A stretch of DNA of 64,000 nt. Source: Enterobacteria phage phiC600P9. The stretch lies in sequence record MZ681930.1; one strand, 5' to 3'. The notes beneath the pieces were generated by a model, which was given only the letters and a program-made list of their open reading frames with translations, searched no databases and was not told the DNA's origin. The stretch's first letter is position 1; the number at the start of each line of letters is the position of its first letter. Below are positions 61,577 to 64,000 of the stretch, one piece after another. A program made the position numbers and the translations under genes.

Positions 61577-61663
61577 TCATAATAACCTCATCACAAAAGT
61601 AAATGTTAAACAAATTGCTGGAATACTAATTAACCAAACAAAACACCACCACAGTGAACTCAT
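61577..61663 (-). CDS. Small hydrophobic peptide, translationally coupled
   Basis: 28 aa (MSSLWWCFVWLISIPAICLTFTFVMRLL); ATGA overlap with the upstream 87-aa ORF stop. Confidence 0.45.
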   Translation of the reverse strand: MSSLWWCFVWLISIPAICLTFTFVMRLL

Positions 61664-61923
61664 AGTTCAATCTCAACGATTTCCAGGTGTTTTTGTTTTA
61701 TTGCCTTTTTAACACAATCATGGACTAAATATGACCATGAATCATTATATTCTCCATTAACTAATCGTTGGAGATCTTCACGCGATGATAAGTAAGGTTG
61801 ATCTGATTCCCATTTTGATAAAAATACTGCAGTAAAAATATCTCCTTCACCTGTAGTTGAAGTCGTAAATGCAATAAATTCACCGGTAATTTTATGTTTA
61901 GCGTAATAAAATTTAAATTTCAT
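61660..61923 (-). CDS. Hypothetical protein
   Basis: 87 aa ORF with SD GGAGGAG and an early promoter. Confidence 0.6.
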   Translation of the reverse strand: MKFKFYYAKHKITGEFIAFTTSTTGEGDIFTAVFLSKWESDQPYLSSREDLQRLVNGEYNDSWSYLVHDCVKKAIKQKHLEIVEIEL

Positions 61924-61939
61924 TTTTACTCCTCCGTAG

Positions 61940-61981
61940 CTGATAGTTGTATAGTACCACGGTCCTTGTGGTATGTAAACC
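61940..61981 (-). promoter_or_regulatory. Early promoter (GTTTACAT + TGGTACTATAC extended -10)
   Basis: Minus strand GTTTACATACCACAAGGACCGTGGTACTATACAACTATCAGCTACGGAGGAG. Confidence 0.7.
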
Positions 61982-61996
61982 GTTTTGTGAAAATTT

Positions 61997-62554
61997 TTAA
62001 ATGGAAAGATACCATCCGTTGTAGTTGCTTTTTCTTACAACCTTACGAAGGTCTTCTCTGTCACCGATGAACTTCGGAGTGTACTGGATGACACCTGGAT
62101 GAATTTCTTTAGTGTTGAATATAATTATACAGTCAGCGACTTGATGATTTAGAATGGGCCCTAGATTTATTCCAGAACCATATGGATACTCTCCGCTGCA
62201 TCCGGTTGTTACCGAAATCCAACGTGAGTCAGTTTGATGTGTCTTAACTTCTACACGAAGCCCACAGTATTTTGGATGCGCCAATACATCCCATGCATAT
62301 GTGTACGGATCATCAACATCTTCTTGACCTTTGTTAACATACCCGCTCAGCCAATCTGCTACAAAAAACTCTGCGTACACAGCGATACGGCATCTTTCGA
62401 TAACTTCTGCCTTATCCTGATTCGGATTTTGTTTTAAAGAGTATCTTGCTGTATCAGAAATTTTGACCTTCATTTCACTAGTCAAGTCACTGTTCGATAG
62501 GGTAAATGTCGGAATCTGAAATAGTCTCTGTAAACCCGGATTCGTTTTCTGCAT
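61997..62554 (-). CDS. denB: Endonuclease IV (DenB)
   Basis: 185 aa ORF, T4 DenB size, position between ndd and rIIB. Confidence 0.85.
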   Translation of the reverse strand: MQKTNPGLQRLFQIPTFTLSNSDLTSEMKVKISDTARYSLKQNPNQDKAEVIERCRIAVYAEFFVADWLSGYVNKGQEDVDDPYTYAWDVLAHPKYCGLRVEVKTHQTDSRWISVTTGCSGEYPYGSGINLGPILNHQVADCIIIFNTKEIHPGVIQYTPKFIGDREDLRKVVRKSNYNGWYLSI

Positions 62555-62816
62555 TTAGACTTTCCTTTTTACCACTGAGATAAGCGTTATATACTTTAAG
62601 AGTGCCGTAATAAATTCGGTCATTTTCATCTAAAGACTCGCGGTCAAGTTCATCGAGCTCCTTTTTATCCATGACTATAACATCATTACAGTAAAGAAAC
62701 CCAAGTTTTTCGTGACCAAACTCAAATTTATTACAGTACACAATATTAGCGTGATGATTTCCGTGCAGTTTAATCTCTTTTATGTCGGAATCACCGATAT
62801 TCATACAATAAATCAT
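62487..62816 (-). CDS. Hypothetical protein (denB.1 position)
   Basis: 109 aa ORF overlapping the denB 5' end. Confidence 0.5.
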   Translation of the reverse strand: MIYCMNIGDSDIKEIKLHGNHHANIVYCNKFEFGHEKLGFLYCNDVIVMDKKELDELDRESLDENDRIYYGTLKVYNAYLSGKKESLNAENESGFTETISDSDIYPIEQ

Positions 62817-62834
62817 AATTTTTCCTTAAAACAA

Positions 62835-62852
62835 AAGGGCCGAAGCCCTTTA
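62835..62852 (-). terminator. AAGGGC-UUCG-GCCCUU hairpin, copy 1
   Basis: Perfect hairpin; on the minus strand followed by TTTTGTTTT; identical 16-mer recurs at 63063-63080. Confidence 0.6.
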
Positions 62853-62854
62853 TT

Positions 62855-63049
62855 TTACTTGAATTGTGCAATTCTTTTTTCTAAACAATCTGCATAAGAT
62901 TTCATTGAGATGAGCTGCGAAAGCAGCAGTTCTTGCTCAACTTCATTAATCGTTAGAAACTTTGTGCTTTCTAAAAATTTGCTCAGTGCATTAATTTTGA
63001 GCATTAATTGATCGTATTCTTCTTTTACTCGTGCTTGATAACCTAACAT
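62855..63049 (-). CDS. Hypothetical protein (rIIB.1 position)
   Basis: 64 aa ORF flanked by the two identical hairpins. Confidence 0.55.
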   Translation of the reverse strand: MLGYQARVKEEYDQLMLKINALSKFLESTKFLTINEVEQELLLSQLISMKSYADCLEKRIAQFK

Positions 63050-63062
63050 AATTTTCCTCAGT

Positions 63063-63080
63063 TAAGGGCCGAAGCCCTTA
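63063..63080 (-). repeat. AAGGGC-UUCG-GCCCUU hairpin, copy 2 (direct repeat of 62835-62852)
   Basis: Same 16-mer AAGGGCCGAAGCCCTT immediately after the rIIB stop. Confidence 0.6.
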
Positions 63081-64000
63081 TTTAAATTGTTCAGTAACGT
63101 CTTCAACTACTTCGTATTGGCAGGTACGCATTTTAGCATCGTTGTAATCAATCGGAATTGATACTACATCGCGAGGATGTACTTTAACTTTTACAACTCG
63201 ACTGGTTGAACTGCCAAAGTGACGAATATAAGATTTAGAACACACATGCAGACCACGAGAACAAGTTTGTGTATCATCGTCATTCACACGAGTACGTGGC
63301 ATTTTAACTACTTTACCGGGACTGTTATCGAAAGTATTTGAATGACAGTCAAAGTAATTACTACGAACTACTTTCCAAGCATAGAAGTAGCCGTCTTCCG
63401 TAATTTCAATATCGTTTGCTACCAAGAAATCAAAGAGCCGAGATACCGCTTTTTGGCTCGGGTTTTCCAACAGATTTTCCAAAAACGGAAAATAAAATTC
63501 AAAGTTTTCGCCTTTTTCCATCGAGTCAAGAATACGATCAACTAAACCAGACCGCAATTCAATATTTTGATAGAACAGGCTTCCACCTTCAATTCGAACA
63601 TCACCGGAAATATATTTTTCAACAGCGCGACGAACATTAATTTTTTGTGCCGCTTCTTCTAATTTATCTGCAACAAGCAGATTAAGAATTTCCTGGAAGT
63701 TTGAATGAGTATTAGGAGTTGCGTTATAAGTTACACCGTCAACAGTAATTGAAATGAATTTTTTAGATGCATTCCAAATAATGTCAGATTTAGCAACCGG
63801 AGCAATAACTGCATCGCTATTAACTTTAACTGTAATATCACCGCTAATAGTAACTTTAGGGCGTTTAGCTTCTTCAGCATTTTTCAAAACACGACGGATT
63901 GTGTCAACCGATACATCCTTCCAATAAGCCAATTCCTGTTGGGTGTAATTACCGCTTGAATACAGTTTAACAATTTCAGCTTGTTCGTTTTTGGTCAGGC
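63078..64000 (-). CDS. rIIB: rIIB protein, 3' portion (5' end outside window)
   Basis: Frame open to the window edge; C-terminal 284 aa recognisable as rIIB. Confidence 0.85.
   Translation of the reverse strand, partial: LTKNEQAEIVKLYSSGNYTQQELAYWKDVSVDTIRRVLKNAEEAKRPKVTISGDITVKVNSDAVIAPVAKSDIIWNASKKFISITVDGVTYNATPNTHSNFQEILNLLVADKLEEAAQKINVRRAVEKYISGDVRIEGGSLFYQNIELRSGLVDRILDSMEKGENFEFYFPFLENLLENPSQKAVSRLFDFLVANDIEITEDGYFYAWKVVRSNYFDCHSNTFDNSPGKVVKMPRTRVNDDDTQTCSRGLHVCSKSYIRHFGSSTSRVVKVKVHPRDVVSIPIDYNDAKMRTCQYEVVEDVTEQFK

Overview
This window is a contiguous ~64 kb stretch of a T4-like (Tequatrovirus-type) myophage genome, collinear with T4 from the end of gene 22 through rIIB. Gene names below are T4 nomenclature assigned by protein recognition and synteny from memory; no database search was run. 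Plus strand carries the late structural blocks: 23, 24, segD, uvsW, 51-27-28-29-48-54, and tail fibre genes 34-35-36-37-38 plus holin t. Minus strand carries the early/middle blocks: rnlB, hoc, inh, uvsY, 25, 26, two tandem Alt ADP-ribosyltransferases, DNA ligase 30, the 30.x cluster, rIII, 31, cd, pseT, alc, rnlA, denA, nrdB, nrdA, td, frd, 32, 59, 33, dsbA, rnh, asiA, motA, 52, ac, stp, ndd, denB and rIIB. The td and nrdB ORFs are uninterrupted, so this is not T4 itself. Regulatory grammar is readable: TATAAATA late promoters, MotA-box middle promoters, GTTTAC/extended -10 early promoters, the gene 32 operator, and many UUCG-type hairpin terminators. Most worth a second look: (1) gene 32 has no stop at the expected place and reads in frame into the downstream frd.3-like ORF, with a 36-nt promoter-like cassette in its acidic tail; (2) early promoters recurrently carry promoter-specific inverted repeats around the -10, several with the 3' arm over the Shine-Dalgarno; (3) a tandem Alt pair next to a NADAR (YbiA-like) and a HAD-like gene; (4) a ~355 bp GC-rich non-coding island between the 30.9-like gene and rIII; (5) an extra ORF between td and frd; (6) unannotated small membrane peptides and a duplicated ac gene beside stp. 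No CRISPR array, tRNA or rRNA was found.
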